Shown here one piece after another: positions 44,861-58,349 of a stretch of DNA of 64,000 nt. The position numbers were made by a program, and so were the translations under genes. The notes beneath the pieces are model-generated. The model was not told the origin of the DNA. It saw nothing but the letters and a program-made list of their open reading frames with translations, and searched no databases. The stretch spans positions 9,440,001-9,504,000 of the forward strand of contig CP068257.2 of the NCBI GenBank assembly GCA_009914755.4, read 5' to 3'. Position 1 is the first letter of the stretch, and every line of letters starts with the position of its first letter. The DNA comes from the human T2T-CHM13v2.0 reference genome, Homo sapiens.

Positions 44861-45599
44861 TTAGTTAGGGCTAAAGTATCTGATATTTTTCGAGAAGGTT
44901 GTTTGATCCAGAAGAAACTCAATGGTGGATAAGTGAGAAGGCAGTAGTAGAAATGTCAGGCAAAAATGGGAAGTTTTCTTGGAAATCCACTTCCTAAAAC
45001 CTGTGCTATTGTTTTAAAGGCCTGAAATATCAGAGTATGTTTAAAGCAAACGATTACTGACCCTTCTCCCTCCACTTCCAGAAAAATGTGTGGATTGCTG
45101 TCCTGAAAATGAATAAACCAGGTTAAATAGTAGAAATGGGAAAAGTTGTGATTTTGAAGTATAGTCCACAGGCTGGCTGTCACAGCAGGAAGCTACTAAT
45201 TTAATTTATATCGTTCTTAAAGTAATCTACAGAGATAACTAGTAAAGATAAAGAAAATGATTCTATATAGGAAGTCATCATTCCAGGATTTGAGGAATCC
45301 TTCCAAGTAATTTTGGCAGAAGCAGCAAGCATCATACTTTCAAAGCTAATAAAGAATGCAAGGAAACAGGACACATTTTGCAATAAGTAGCAGGAAAAAT
45401 AACAGAAAAAAGTCACAAAAATTGCTGTTCTGGTATTATTACAGACACATTGAAAAACATGTATTTGTATTATGTTCTAAGAAGTAAATTTGAAAATATC
45501 TGCCAAATGAAAAAAATACAATGTAATCTTTCAGTTTTAACATGAAACTAATAACAAATTTTAAAGATAAATGATATTATGACTAAAATTAAACATTAG

Positions 45600-47745
45600 G
45601 AGCATGAGTATGATAATACTTTGGACACAGCAAAAGAACTAGATCACTGGAAGCTAAATCAGAAAAGCAAATGAGCACATTTCAATACAGTGAGATGAAA
45701 AAATGGAAATGTAGAAGAGTGGTTATCACAAATAATGAGTTGTGTGAGGTGATATATTTAAATAGAGAGCTAGAATAAAATAAATGGAGCAGATAAATAT
45801 GTGAATACTTAATGGTTTAAACTTTCCAAAATGATGAAAGATACATGTGTCCATTCAAGAAACACAGTAAATTTCAAGGAAAAAATAACCACTGAATTAA
45901 CACTTAACAATAAATCTGATGTGAGAGAAAGAGAGAAAACAAGAGCCGGAAAGACAGAGAGAGACAGAGAAAAAGAAATCCTTAAAACAACCATAGGGGA
46001 AAAAAAAAGACACTTTAAAATGTGGCAGCTGGACTACTTATTAAGAGCAACATAGTAACCTAAATACATTTTATAATTTACTTCCTTTCATCACACTAAA
46101 GATATCTTGATTTACAATCTTGATTTTTAAACCCAACATATAAATCCTTAATTTATGAACACCTGATACTCACCAAGGAAACCCTAAAAGACAGAAGAGC
46201 CAAAATGGCCAGCAAGACAGAGCCAGGAAGATCCTCCACTGAAAGAGCTGACTCTCAAGAAAACCAGCACACTCTGAGCAGATCTTCAAAAAGAAAGCAT
46301 TGAGAGTGGAAGGAGAGAGGATGGAGACACTGGGCTAAAGGATCAGAAAGCTGGGAACCCAGCATGGGATTGTGGAGCACAAGGACTCATTCCTGACCCT
46401 GAGAGGTGAGGGAAGGGGTGAGTTAAATACGATGGAGTGGCTTACTCTTTCCAAAGAGCTCCAGAATCCTAGCTTTACGAGACTTCACAATCCCCATGGA
46501 CATTCGAGCTAGCAAGGAGAGTTGCTTGGAGAAGTAGCAAAGACAGGATTCCAGTACGTGTAGAGCCCAGAAAGTTTGACATAAGAATGGTTCCGGTGAA
46601 GCACAGCCAGGGACACCCATTTCCTAAGGCTTACCACACGCCTCTGAGTGACTTTGGTCATTATTGATTGTCAGACCTGCACAGAGAAGGGCTGTCTTGC
46701 CCGTGGGATATGCCAATGTGATTAGATGCTCTCCTGTCGACTGGCCTCTCCTGGGGTCCCCGCCAGGCCATACCCTCTTGGAGGGCAGCTTTGCATGCCC
46801 AACGAGGGTGCTTCTCAGTGGCCATCACCGTAGCAGCAGACTCGACTCTGCTCTCACTGGAGAGCTTCCGCAAATATACCTCCAACAGTGCACACCTACT
46901 TACAGTCCCCCCTCACTGCATTGCCGGCATGCACTGTGCACAGTCTCCACTCACTGTTTCGCCAGTGTGCACATATGCAGAGTCCTCACTGCAACTGCAT
47001 GGGCCCCACTGATGTGTGTGTGTAAACCCTGACAACCTGCCACTGCCAGGGTGAGTATGAGTATAACATGCCACACTGCACCCCTGCTGCAGCTGGTGCA
47101 CATGTGCGTAAGCATGGACCCCTCAGCAAATGCTCCAATGAAGCACTTTTGTTGTTATCCCCCATTGGACTGTTGTTGCCAGTGGACTGAGAATGCTGTG
47201 GCCCTGTCAGTGCAGCAGGTACTTCATCTTGAGGGGGCATATAACAAAGCTGTGGGCCAGGTCCCAATCCCCCCAGTGTTAGAGCACACATCCCAGGAGA
47301 GCTGAGCTGAGCCTTGGCCACCTGAAATCATCCAGAAATGAAGCCAGTCAATTAAATGCAACTTATAGCATAGTAAACCCTCAACGGCATCAAAGTATAC
47401 AAGTAAAAAGCCCCATGCAAAACAAACAAACAAACAAACAAACAAACTTCAACGATTAAAGGAAGATTAGCTCACAGAGATGAGAAAGAACCAGAACCAG
47501 CATAACTACACTGGCAATTCAATAACACAGAGTGTCTATTTTTAGGTGACCACACTAACTCCCCAGCAACAGCTGTTAACCAGACTGAAAAGACTGAAAT
47601 AATAGACAGAATTCACAAGCTTGATGGCAATGAAGGTTACTGAGATTCAGGAGACAGTTAAAAGCCCATCCAAAGAATCTAAGGAATCAATTAGAAAGAA
47701 ACAAGAGCTAAGAGACGAAATAGTCATTTTTTTAAAAGACCCAAA
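45600..47745 (+). mobile_element. Unclassified; possibly the 5'UTR/ORF1-start region of an old L1 (+)
   Basis: GC-rich segment followed by ..MAMKVTEIQETVKSPSKESKESIRKKQELRDEIV.. (coiled-coil-like, ORF1-like); no confident match by eye. Confidence 0.2.
47418..47447. repeat. (CAAA)n microsatellite
   Basis: caaaacaaacaaacaaacaaacaaacaaac. Confidence 0.85.
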
Positions 47746-47749
47746 CTCT

Positions 47750-48028
47750 TGCCAGGCACAGTGGTTCACACCTGTAATCCCAGCAATTTGGGAGGCCGAG
47801 GCAGCCAGGTTACCTGAGTTCAGGAGTTCGAGACCAGGCTGGCCAACATGGTGAAACCCCATCTCCACTAAAAATACAAAACTTAGCCAGGCATGGTGGC
47901 ACACACCTGTAGTTCCAGCTACTCGGGTGACTGAGGCAGGAGACTGGCTTGAATTGAGAGGTAGCAGTGAGCCGAGATCACACCACTGCATTCCAGCCTT
48001 GGTGCCTTGGTGACAGAGCAAGACTCCA

Positions 48029-48030
<2 letters not shown>
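47750..48030 (+). mobile_element. Alu (+) whose tail is a (CA)n microsatellite
   Basis: gccaggcacagtggttcacacctgtaatcccagcaatttgggaggccgaggcagccagg...gacagagcaagactccatc. Confidence 0.9.

Positions 48031-48059
<29 letters not shown>
48030..48059. repeat. (CA)n microsatellite (Alu tail-derived)
   Basis: cacacacacacacacacacacacacacaca. Confidence 0.9.
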
Positions 48060-48064
<5 letters not shown>

Positions 48065-48238
48065 AAAGAAAGACAATGACCCAAACTCGTCTAAGAGCTG
48101 AGAAACTCACTATGAGCATTTCATTGTTTAACTGGAAGTATTAACAGCAGAAGGGACTAAACTGAGGAAAAAAAACTTAGAGCTGTGAGATGGATTCATT
48201 GAATCAACTCAGTTAAACAAATATAAAGGGGTGGGTCA

Positions 48239-49403
48239 CTGTATTAGTCTGTTCTCATGCTGCTATAAAGAACTGACTGAGACTGGGTAATTTAGAATCA
48301 AAATAGTTTTAATTGACTCACAGTTCTGCATGGCTGGGGAGGCTCCAGGAAACATACACTTATGGTGGAAGGGGCAGCAAACATGTCCTTGTTGATATGG
48401 CTGCAGGAGAGAGAAGTGCAAAGTAAAGTGGGGGAAAGCCCCTATAAAACCTTCAGCTCTCATAAGAACTCACTCATTATCATGAGAACAGTATGATCCC
48501 CATGTCTAATCACCTCCCACGATGTCCTTCCCCCAACATGTGGGGATTACAATTTGCATTACAATTCAAGATGAGATTTTGGGTAGGGACACAAAGCCAA
48601 ACTATATTATTCTGTCCATGGCCCCTCGCAAATCTCATGTCCTCACATTTCAAAACACAATTATGCCTTTCCAAGAATCCCCTAAAGTCTTAACTCATTT
48701 CAGCATTAACCCAAAAGTTCAAGTTCAAAATCTCATCTGAGAAAAGGCAAGTCCCTTCCACCTATGAGCCTGTAACATCAAAAGCAAGTTAGTTATTTCC
48801 TAGATACAATGGGAGTGCAGGTACTGGGTAAATACACCCATTGGAGATGGGAGAAATTGACCAAAACAAAGGAGCTATAGGCCCCATGCAAGTCTGAAAT
48901 CCAACAGAGCAGTCATTAAACCTTAAAGTTTCAAAATGATGTCCTTTGACTCCATGTCTCACATCCAGGTCACACAGATGCAAGAGATGGGATATCATGG
49001 CTTTGAGAAGCTCCACTCCTATGGCTTGGCAGGGTACAGCCTCCCTTCTGGCTGCTTTCACAGGTTGGTGTTGAGTGCCTGCAGCTTTTCCTGGTGAGTG
49101 GTGTGAGCTTTTGGTGGATCTATCATTCTGGGATCCGGAGAATGACGGCCCTCTTCTCACAGCTCCACTAGTCAGTGCCCCAGTGGAGACCCTGCATGGG
49201 TGCTCTGACCCCACATCTTCCTTCTGCCCTAGCAGAGGTCTCCATGAGGGCCCTTCCCCTGCAGCATACTTCTGCCTAGACATTCAGGTGTTTCTATACA
49301 TCCTTTGAAATTCAGGCTGAGGTTCCTAAAGCTCAACTCTTGTCTTCTGCACACACACAGGCCCAATATCACATAGACTCTACCAAAGCTTGGGGTTTGC
49401 AGT
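48239..49403 (-). mobile_element. ERVL-MaLR (THE1/MST-type) 3' LTR + partial internal region, minus strand
   Basis: rc-LTR 48239-48610 (ctgtattagtctgttctcatgctgctataaagaactgactgagactgggtaattta...gggacacaaagccaaactatattat); rc-internal 48611-49403 parallels 54569-55340. Confidence 0.7.
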
Positions 49404-49407
49404 ATTA

Positions 49408-49905
<498 letters not shown>

Positions 49906-49929
49906 AAATATTTTGCAAGAAATAAAACC

Positions 49930-52162
49930 TACTTGATTGTGGTGGATTAGCTTCTTGATGTACAGCTAGATTTGGTTTGCTAGTATTTTGTTGAATATTT
50001 CTGTATCTATGTTCATTAGAAATATTGGTCTGAAGTTTTTTTTTTCATTGCATCTCTGCCAGGATTTGGTATCACAATGATGTTGTCCTCATAGAATGAG
50101 TTAGGTATGAGTCCCTCCTCCTCAATTATTTTAGATAGTGTCAGTAGGTGTGGTATCAGCTCTTCTTTATACAGCTGGTAGAATTTGGCAGTGAATCCTT
50201 TGAGGCCAACACTTTTTCTGATTGATAGGCATTGTATTGCCAATTCAGTTTGGAACTTCCTATTAGTCTGTTCAAAGTTTCGTTTTCTTCCTGGTTCAAT
50301 CTTTGAAGATTGCTTCCCGGAATTTATGCAGCTTCTCTGGGTTTTTCAGTTTGTGTACATAGAGGTGTTCATAATAATCCCTGAGGGTTGTTGTATTTCT
50401 GTGGAGTCACTGGTAATGTCCCCTTTGTCTCTTTTGTGATTGTGTTTATTTGAATATTGTCTCTTTTTTTCTTTATAAGTTTAGATAATGGCCTATCAAC
50501 ATTATTTTTTCTTTCAAATACCCAACATTCAGTTTTGTTGATTTTTTTACATTTTTTTCTCATCTCCATTTTGTTAATTTCCGTTATGATTGTGGCCATT
50601 TCTTTTCTTCTACTACCTTCGAGGTTGGTTCTTTTTTGTTTTTTAGGTTCCTCTATCTGTGATGTTAGGTTGCAAATTTGAGATCTTTCTAGCTGTTGAC
50701 ATAAGTGTTTAGCACAATAAACTTTCCTTTTAACCATGCTTTATCTGTGTTCTAGAGTTTCTAGTGTGTTGTATTTTTGTTTTCATCAGAGTCTAAGAAT
50801 TTCTTGATTTCTGCCTTGATTTTATTGTTTACACAAAAGTCATTCAGGTTCAGGTTGTTTAATTTTCACTTAATCCTACAGTTTTGGCAGATCTTCTTGG
50901 TATTGATTTGTATTTTTATTGTGCTGTGGTCTGAGAGTGTGGCTGGTAACATTTTTTTTTATTTGTTGAGAATTGACTTACAGCTGAGCATGTGGTTGAT
51001 TTTAGAATATGTGTCATGTGCAGATGATAAGAATATATATTCTGTTGTTGATGTGTGGAGTGTTCTGTAGATGTCTGTTAGGTGTATTTGGCCAAGTGTC
51101 AAGTTTAGGTCCCGAATATCTTTGTTAGTTTTCTGCCTCAGTGATATGTCTTACACTGTCAGTGAGGTGTTGAGGTCTGCCACTGTCATCGTGTAGTTAT
51201 GTAAGTTTCTTTGTATATCTCTAAGAGCTTGTTTTGTGAATCTGAGTGATCCAGTGTTAGGTGCATATATATTTAGGATAGTTAAGTCTTCTTGTTTAAT
51301 TGAATCCTTCATCATTACGTAATGCCCTTAATTGTCTGTTTTGATCATCGTTAGTTTAATGTCAGTTTTATCTAAAATAAGAACAGCAACACCTGTTCTT
51401 CTTTGTTTTTCATTTGTTTGGTAGTTCTTTCTCCATCCCTTTACTTTGAACCTATGGGTGTTCTCACATGTGAGATGGGTCTCTTGAAGACAGCATACAG
51501 TTGGGTCTTGATTCTTTATCCACTTTGCCACTCCATGCCTTTTAAGTGGGTGTTTAGCTTGTTTATCTTCAATATTGACATGTGCACATTCGATCCTCCC
51601 AGCATGTTGTTAGCTGGTTGTTATGTAAACTTGATTGTGTAATTACTTTATAGTGTTGATGGTCTATATACTTGAGTGTGTTTTTCTGGTGCTAGGTAAC
51701 AGTCCTTCATTTTCATGTTTAGCACTTTCTTAAGGATCTCTTCCGGTCTCTAAAGGCCTGGTGGTAATAAATTCCCCTAGCTTTTGCTTATCTGAAATGG
51801 ATTTTATTTCTCCCTTGTTTATGAAGCTTAGTTTGGTGGGACATAAAATTCTTAGTTCATAATTTTATTTTTTCAAAAATGCTGAATATGGATTCTTAAT
51901 GTCTTCTGACTGTGGGATATTGCTGAGAGTTCCCCTGTGAATTTGATGTAGTTTCCACTTTATGTGACCTGCCCCTTGTCGTTAACTGCCTTTAATATTT
52001 TTTTCTTTTGCATTGACCTTCAAGAATCTGATTACTTTGTGTCTCTGCAATGGTTGTCTTACATAGCATCTTACATGGGTTATCTGAATTTTCTAAATTT
52101 ATATGTCAATCTCTCTAGTGAAATTGGGGAAATTTTTTATAGAATCCCTTATTTCTCCAAGG
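49930..52162 (-). mobile_element. Old L1 (L1M/L1PB-like) body: RT, endonuclease and ORF1 region, minus strand
   Basis: rc of L1 ORF2 (..gatttggtttgctagtattttgttgaatatttctgtatctatgttcattagaaatattggtctgaag..); minus ORF 51328-51531 MAKWIKNQDPTVCCLQETHLTCENTHRFKVKGWRKNYQTNEKQRRTGVAVLILDK = L1 endonuclease N-terminus. Confidence 0.75.
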
Positions 52163-52452
52163 TTTTTTTCTTTTTCTTTTTTTTTTGAGATGGAGTCTTG
52201 CTCTGTAGCCCAGGCTGGAGTGCAGTGGCATGATCTCGGCTCAATGCAAACTCCACCTCCCAGGTTCCTACCAATCTCCTGCCTCAGACTCCTGAATAGC
52301 TGGGGCTACAGGCACCTGCCACCATGCCCAGTGAATTTTTTTTTTTTGTATTTTTAGTAGAGACAGGGTTTCACCATGTTAGCCAGGATGGTCTCAATAT
52401 CCTCCCAAAGTGCTGGGATTACAGGTACAGGCATGAGCCACCATGCCTGACC
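52163..52452 (-). mobile_element. Alu (minus) inserted in L1
   Basis: poly-T gagatggagtcttgctctgtagcccaggctggagtgcagtggcatgatctcggctca...ggcatgagccaccatgcctgacc. Confidence 0.87.
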
Positions 52453-53100
52453 TTTCATTTTTTAAAATTCTTCTTTTCTTTATTTATTTTCTGGCTGTGT
52501 TAACTTAAATAATCAGTCTTCAATCTCTGAGATTCTTTTCTTGGCTTAGTCCATTCTGCTGTGAATATTTCCAATCATTTTATGAAATTCTTGTAGTGTA
52601 TTTTGTAACTCTACCTGCTAGGTTTGGTTTTTGTTTGTTTGTCTTGTTTTGTTTTTTCAAATGGCTAATTTTTTTCTCTTTAATCATTTTACTGGATTCC
52701 TCAGATTCTTGGAAATAGTGTTCAACTTTCTATTGAATTTCAATGATCTTCATTTTCTTCTACCTCTCAGTTCTATATCTGACATTTCAGCCATTTCCTT
52801 CTATTTAACAACCATTGCTGTAGAACTAGTGCAGTCATTTGGAGGTAAAGTGACAGTCTGACTTTTTGAGTTGCTAGAGTTCTTATGTTGGCTTTTTTCT
52901 CACCTGTGTGGGCTGGTGTTTCTTTAACTGTGGTATAATTTGAGCATAGTCAGTTGACTTTGTTTCTGGATGTTTTCAAAGCACCTTTTTGCATGATCTT
53001 TATTAGTAGCTGAATTATTGTCCTGGGTTTCACAGAGGCTTATATTAGCAAAGTAATTTTAGTGTTGAAGTTTCTGCTGCAAGCTGGCTGATGACACTTA
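52453..53100 (-). mobile_element. Continuation of old L1 5' region (ORF1 N-term / 5'UTR), low confidence
   Basis: Collinear continuation after Alu; AT-rich, no clean ORF. Confidence 0.3.
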
Positions 53101-53176
53101 GGTATAATGGCTGATAGGTAGGCTCTTGTTCAGCCTACCTACCTATAATGGCTGATAGGTAGGCTCTTGTTCATAC
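53101..53176. repeat. Local 41-bp-period tandem duplication
   Basis: ataatggctgataggtaggctcttgttca at 53104 and again at 53145. Confidence 0.8.
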
Positions 53177-53389
53177 ACAAATGTGTATTTTCTCACATTT
53201 GCAGCCATGCTCCGTGTCAGTATTCTGTGTGTGTAGGCTTCCCTCCTACTGAAATGCTGGCTGCATAGCTTGGCTTGTCACTGCAGTGCTGCACATCACA
53301 GCCCTGTGGTGAGCTCAAGGTTTTTGTTTCCTCACAAGCTTGGGGACAAAAGAGGTGAGGACCTTGGCAGTGGTAATGTCTGGAGGTCT

Positions 53390-54196
53390 ATCACTTGTCT
53401 TTTGCAGCTCCACCATACAGAAATGCAGAGATGCTGCCAAATGGAGTGGTCAACCTTTGATGGGGCCTGTGCATTTTGGAACCAATCTGGGGGACACTAC
53501 TGGTGATGAGCAGAGGGTGTCAGGGCTTGTGAGAAGATAGATTCATCTCTTCTCTGTAGGGTAGCTGCAGTGTGCTGGAGGTGTGAGTAAAGCACTTGGG
53601 GTCTTGTTCCCTCCCCAGTTGGAGGGCAGCAAGGGCAGTACTGCTGAATAGCGGTTGCAGAGAAACTTTCAGTTGCTTCTGGGATCTCCACCCCAGAGAA
53701 ATGCAGAACCACTGCCACTGGGCATTTTCAGCCTGGAGTGGGGCTGCTGCACTATGAGCCTTTGCTGGGGCCCCTGCCTGGTGAAGAGCAGGGGATCAGG
53801 GGCTCACAGAGAATAGAGATTGGGCTCCATGCCATATGGTGATCATATGGTAATCATAGTGTGCTGGAAGCATGAGTAAAGCATTCAGGCTCTTTTATTT
53901 CTTTCCCAGTCTAAGACAGCAAGGGCAGGTACCACTGCATTGGCAGTGGCAGTTGGCTGTCATTTGCCTCTGGGAGCTCCATCACAGGATAACACAGAGC
54001 CACTGGCAATAGAAATGTTCAGCTTGGGTGAGGTAGCTACTCTGCAGGCCCAAGCAAGGAGTTCTGCTTAGTGAAGGATAGGAGTTGGGAGCTCACAAGG
54101 AAGAGAGACTGGGCTCTACGCTATATGGCAGCTGTGTCATGATGAAGGTGCTAGTGAAGCAACCAGGATTTTGTTCTTTCCCCAGCCCAAGGGGAG
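53390..54196. repeat. ~285-bp tandem repeat, left part (~3 units)
   Basis: Anchors ..cagagaaatgcaga..ctgcca.. at 53418/53694/53985 and ..ggtga.gagcag.. at 53499/53779/54070 (spacings 276-291). Confidence 0.65.
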
Positions 54197-56499
54197 TTTC
54201 TTAGTGCTTTTTTACACTGCTGATAAAGACATACCTGACACTGGACAATTTACAAAAGAAAGAGGTTTAATCAATTTGTAGTTCTACATGGCTGGGGAGG
54301 CCTCAAACTCATGGCAGAAGTCAAGAAGAGGAGCAAGTCACATCTTACATGGATGACTGCAGACAAATAGAGACCTCGTTTGGGGAAACTCCCATTTTTA
54401 AAGCCATCAGATTTCATGAGACCCATTCACTATCATGAGAACAGCATGGGGAAGACTCACTCTCATGATTCAATCATTTCCCACTGGGTCCCTCCCACAA
54501 CATGTAGAAATTATGGGAACTACAAGATGAGACTTGGGTGGGGACACAGAGTCAAACCATATTATTATACCCCTGGCCCCTCCCAAATCTCATATCTTCA
54601 CATTTCAAAACCAATCATGCCTTCCCAACAGTCCCAAAAAGCCTTAACTAATTTCAGCATTAACTCAAAAGTCCACAGTCCAAAGTCTCATCTGAGACAA
54701 GTCCCTTCCACTTATGAGCCTGTAAAATCAAAAGTAAGTTAGTTACTTCCTAGATACAATGGGGGTACAGGCATTGGGTAAATACAGCCATTCCAAATGG
54801 GAGAAATTGGCCAAAACAACAGGGCTACATGCCCCATGCAAGTGTGAAATCCAGAGGGACAGTCAAATTTTAAAGCTCCAAAATGATCTCCCAGTAACTC
54901 TATGTCTCACATCCAGGTCATGCTAATGCAAGAGGTGGGTTCCCAAGGTCTTGGGTAGCTCCACCCCCGTGGCTGTGTAGGGTACAGCCTCCCTCATGGC
55001 TGCTTTCACAGGGTGACATTGAGTGTCTTAGTCTTCTCTAGGTGCACGGTGCAAGCTGTCAGTGGATTTACCATTCTGGGGTCTGGAGAACGGTGGCCCT
55101 CTTCTCACAGCCGCATTAGGCAGTGCCCCAGTAGGGACTCTCTGTGGGGGCTCCAACCCCACATTTCCCTTCCACTCTGCCCTAAACAGTGGTTCTTTAT
55201 GAGGGCCTCACCCTTGCAGTGAACTTATTCCTGGACATCCAGGCATTTCCATACATCTGAAATCTAGGCAGAGATCCCCAAACCCCCATTTTTGACTTCT
55301 GTGCACTCACAGGCTCAACATCAAGTGGAAGCTGCCAAGGCTTGGGGCTTGTACCCTCTGAAGCCACAGCCTAAAGTCTACATTGGCCCCTTTCAGCCAT
55401 GGCTGGAGCAGCTGGGACACAGGGTGCCAAGTCCCTAGGCTGCTCACAGCATGATGACCTTGGGCCTGGCCCACAAAACCACTTTTTTTTCTCCTAGGTC
55501 ACCAGGCCTGTGATGGAAGGGGCTGCCATGAAGACCTCTGGCATGCCTTAGAGACATTTTCCCTATTGTCTTGGGGATTAACATTCATCTCCTCATTTCT
55601 TATACAAATTTCTGCAGCTGACTTAAATTTCTCCTCAGAAAATGGGATTTTCTTTTCTATCAGATTGTCAAGCCACAAACTTTTTGAACTTTTATGCTCT
55701 ACTTCCTTTATAAAACTGAGTGACTTTAACAGTACCCAGGTCACATCTTGAATGCTTTGCTGCTTAGAAATTTCTTCCATGAGATACCCTAAATCATCTT
55801 TCTCAAGTTCAAAGTTCCACAAATCTCTAGGCCTGGAGCACAATGCCACCAGTCTCTTTGCTAAAACATAACAAAAGTCACCTTTGTTCTAGTCCCCAAG
55901 ATCCTCATCTCCATTGGAGACCACCTCAACCTGGATTTCATTGTCCGTATCATTAACATCATTTTAGGCAAAGCCATTCAACAAGTCTCTAGGTGGTTCT
56001 AAACGTTGCCACATTTTCCTATCTCCTTCTGAGTGTTCCAAGCTGTTTCAACCTCTGCCTGTTACCCAGTTCTAAAGTTGCTTCCACATTTTCAGGCACT
56101 TTTCAGTAGAGCCCACTCTACTGGTACCAATTTACTGTAGTATTCCATTTTCATGCTGCTGATAGACAGACCTGAGACTGGGCAATTTACAAAAGAAGGA
56201 GGTTTAATCAACTTACAGTTCCACGTGGCTGGGAAGGCCTCACAATCATGGTGAAAGGTAAGTAGGAGCAAGTCACATCTTACATGGATGGCAGCAGGCT
56301 AAGAGAGAGCTTGTGTCAGGAAACTCCTGTTTTTAAAATCATTAGATCTCATGAGACCCATCCACTATGATGAGAACAGCATGGGAAATACCCATCCCCA
56401 TTATTCAGTCATTTTCCACCAGGTACCTCCCACAAAACATAGGAATTGTGGGATCTACAGGATGAGATTTGAATGGGGACACAGAGCCAAACCATATCA
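54197..56499 (-). mobile_element. Full-length ERVL-MaLR element (THE1/MST-type), minus strand: LTR 54197-54568, internal 54569-56135, LTR 56136-56499
   Basis: rc-LTRs end ccaaaccatattatta / ccaaaccatatca. Internal ~1.57 kb with reverse ORF 55499-55849 ..LWNFELEKDDLGYLMEEISKQQSIQDVTWVLLKSLSFIKEVEHKS..EICIRNEEMNVNPQDNRENVSKACQRSSWQPLPSQ (MaLR-int). Confidence 0.8.
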
Positions 56500-57470
56500 G
56501 GCAGCAAGGGTGGTACCACTGTATGTAATGGCAGAGGGGCTGTGGGTTGTCGCTGGGAATTCTATCTCAGAGAAATGCACAGGTGCCACTGTCTGAAGTG
56601 TTCAAGTGGGAGCAGGGTAGCTGTGCTGGGGCCCAGGTCGGGAGGCCCTACCCAGTAAGAAGTAGCAGGAGCAAAGACAGGCATGGAAAAAAGTCTGACA
56701 ACACCTCCATAAGGCAGCTGTGCTGAGCTGAAGACCTGCTACAGTCCTTAAGCCTCTTTGCTATCTCTTGATCTGAGGGCATTATGGGCAGGGGCTATAG
56801 CAGGCAAAAATGGCAGGCCTGTCTTATACCTATGAGAGCTCTGTCCCAGGGAAATGCAATGCTGCTTCTGGCCCAAGTTGTCAGGCTGAGGTAGGTGGCT
56901 GTGCTGGAGGCTCAAGCCAGGAGGCCCTGACCAGTGAGGAGTAGAAGGGGCCATGACTAACATTGAAAACTATATGACTGCTTTTCCAGAAGGCAGCTTG
57001 CCCTGTGCTGGAGGCCCACAACAGTCATAACACTCTTCACTCCCTCCTGACCCTGAAGGCAGTTGGGTAGTGGCTGGAGCTGCTATAGCAGCAAAAACAG
57101 CAGATATGTATGTCTATTGCATCTGAGAACTTCATCCCAGAGAAATGCAGAGCTGCTGCCAGTCGAAGAGGTCAAGTGGGTGTTTCATGGCTGTTCTGGA
57201 GTTCCAGGTCAGTGTGCTTTGCCTGGAGAGGTTTACCAGAGGCAAGGCATGAAGTCCCTCTGCTCCTCAGAACCATGAATGTAGCCACTAACCTCTCGCA
57301 TTCAGAGAACTTGGCCTTCTTGTTGGTGAAGCTATGGCAACTAGCACTGGGGTGCTTAGGGGTCTAAGACCCCTGGAACTTCTCATGTGCCTGATCTGGA
57401 GCTCTGCCCAGATTCTATGCAGCTCTCCTTGTTAGTCTGAAGGCCCCAGGGGGATCACTCAGGGTGGATC
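56500..57470. repeat. ~285-bp tandem repeat, right part (~3.3 units), collinear continuation of 53390-54196
   Basis: Anchors at 56566/56843/57136/~57404 and 56654/56934/57225. Junction sequence ..cccaaggggag|MaLR|ggcagcaagggtggtaccactg.. restores one continuous unit. Confidence 0.65.
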
Positions 57471-58045
57471 ACCTGTGCCTATGATTACAAAGGTCCATGA
57501 CAGAAGTGTGGGGCCATGGGACTCTCTCTCAGTCACTATTTCTTTGTGGTAAGGATCCTCCCCTGACTCCACCCAATCCTGGGTGGGTGGCTGTTGTGTC
57601 TTGCTGTTTTTTTCTCCATGGCTTCTGTTGCTTCCTTGCTGAATCCCAACATGTCCTCTTGGAAGATCCAGTTGAAGTGCTAGTGTTTACTGGCCAGTCT
57701 ATTTCGTTTTCACAAGAGTGGAGCGTACTAGCTGCTTCTAGTAAGTCATCTTGGCACTTGATCACAAAAGACATTTATTTTTCACAGTTCTGCAGGCTGG
57801 CAAGTCCAAGTTAAAAGTGCCAGGAGATTCAATTCTTGGTAAGGGTTCTTCCTGGCTTGCAGACAGCTGCCTTCTCGTTGTATTTTCACTAGGAAGAAAA
57901 AAGAAGGTCTAGTGTCTCTTAATTGGATAAATTTTTAAAACCAAAATTATTGAAGGTGATTCTAATACACCTTTCTCAGTAACTCATATACATATACCGG
58001 ATGCATTATTAAGATTATTAGTGTATTTAAAAATATACAATTTCT

Positions 58046-58349
58046 GGTTGGGCGCAGTGGCTCATGCCTATAATCCTAGCAGTTTGGGAGGCCAAGGCGG
58101 GCGGATCATGAGGTCAGGAGATGAAGACCATCCTGGCTAACACAGTGAAATCCCGTCTCTGCTAAAAATACAAAAAAAAAAAAAATAGCTGGATGTGGTG
58201 GCAGGCACCTATAGTCCCAGCAACTAGGGAGGCTGAGGCAGGAGAATGGTATGAACCCAGGAGGTGGAGTTTTCAGTGAGCCAAAATCATGCCACTGCAC
58301 TCCAGACAGGGTGACAGAGAGAGATTCCCTCTCAAAAAAATAAAATAAA
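58046..58349 (+). mobile_element. Alu (+) with 16-bp perfect TSD aaaatatacaatttct
   Basis: ggttgggcgcagtggctcatgcctataatcctagcagtttgggaggccaaggcgggcggatcatgaggtcaggagatgaagacc...; TSD 58025-58040 and 58365-58380. Confidence 0.92.
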
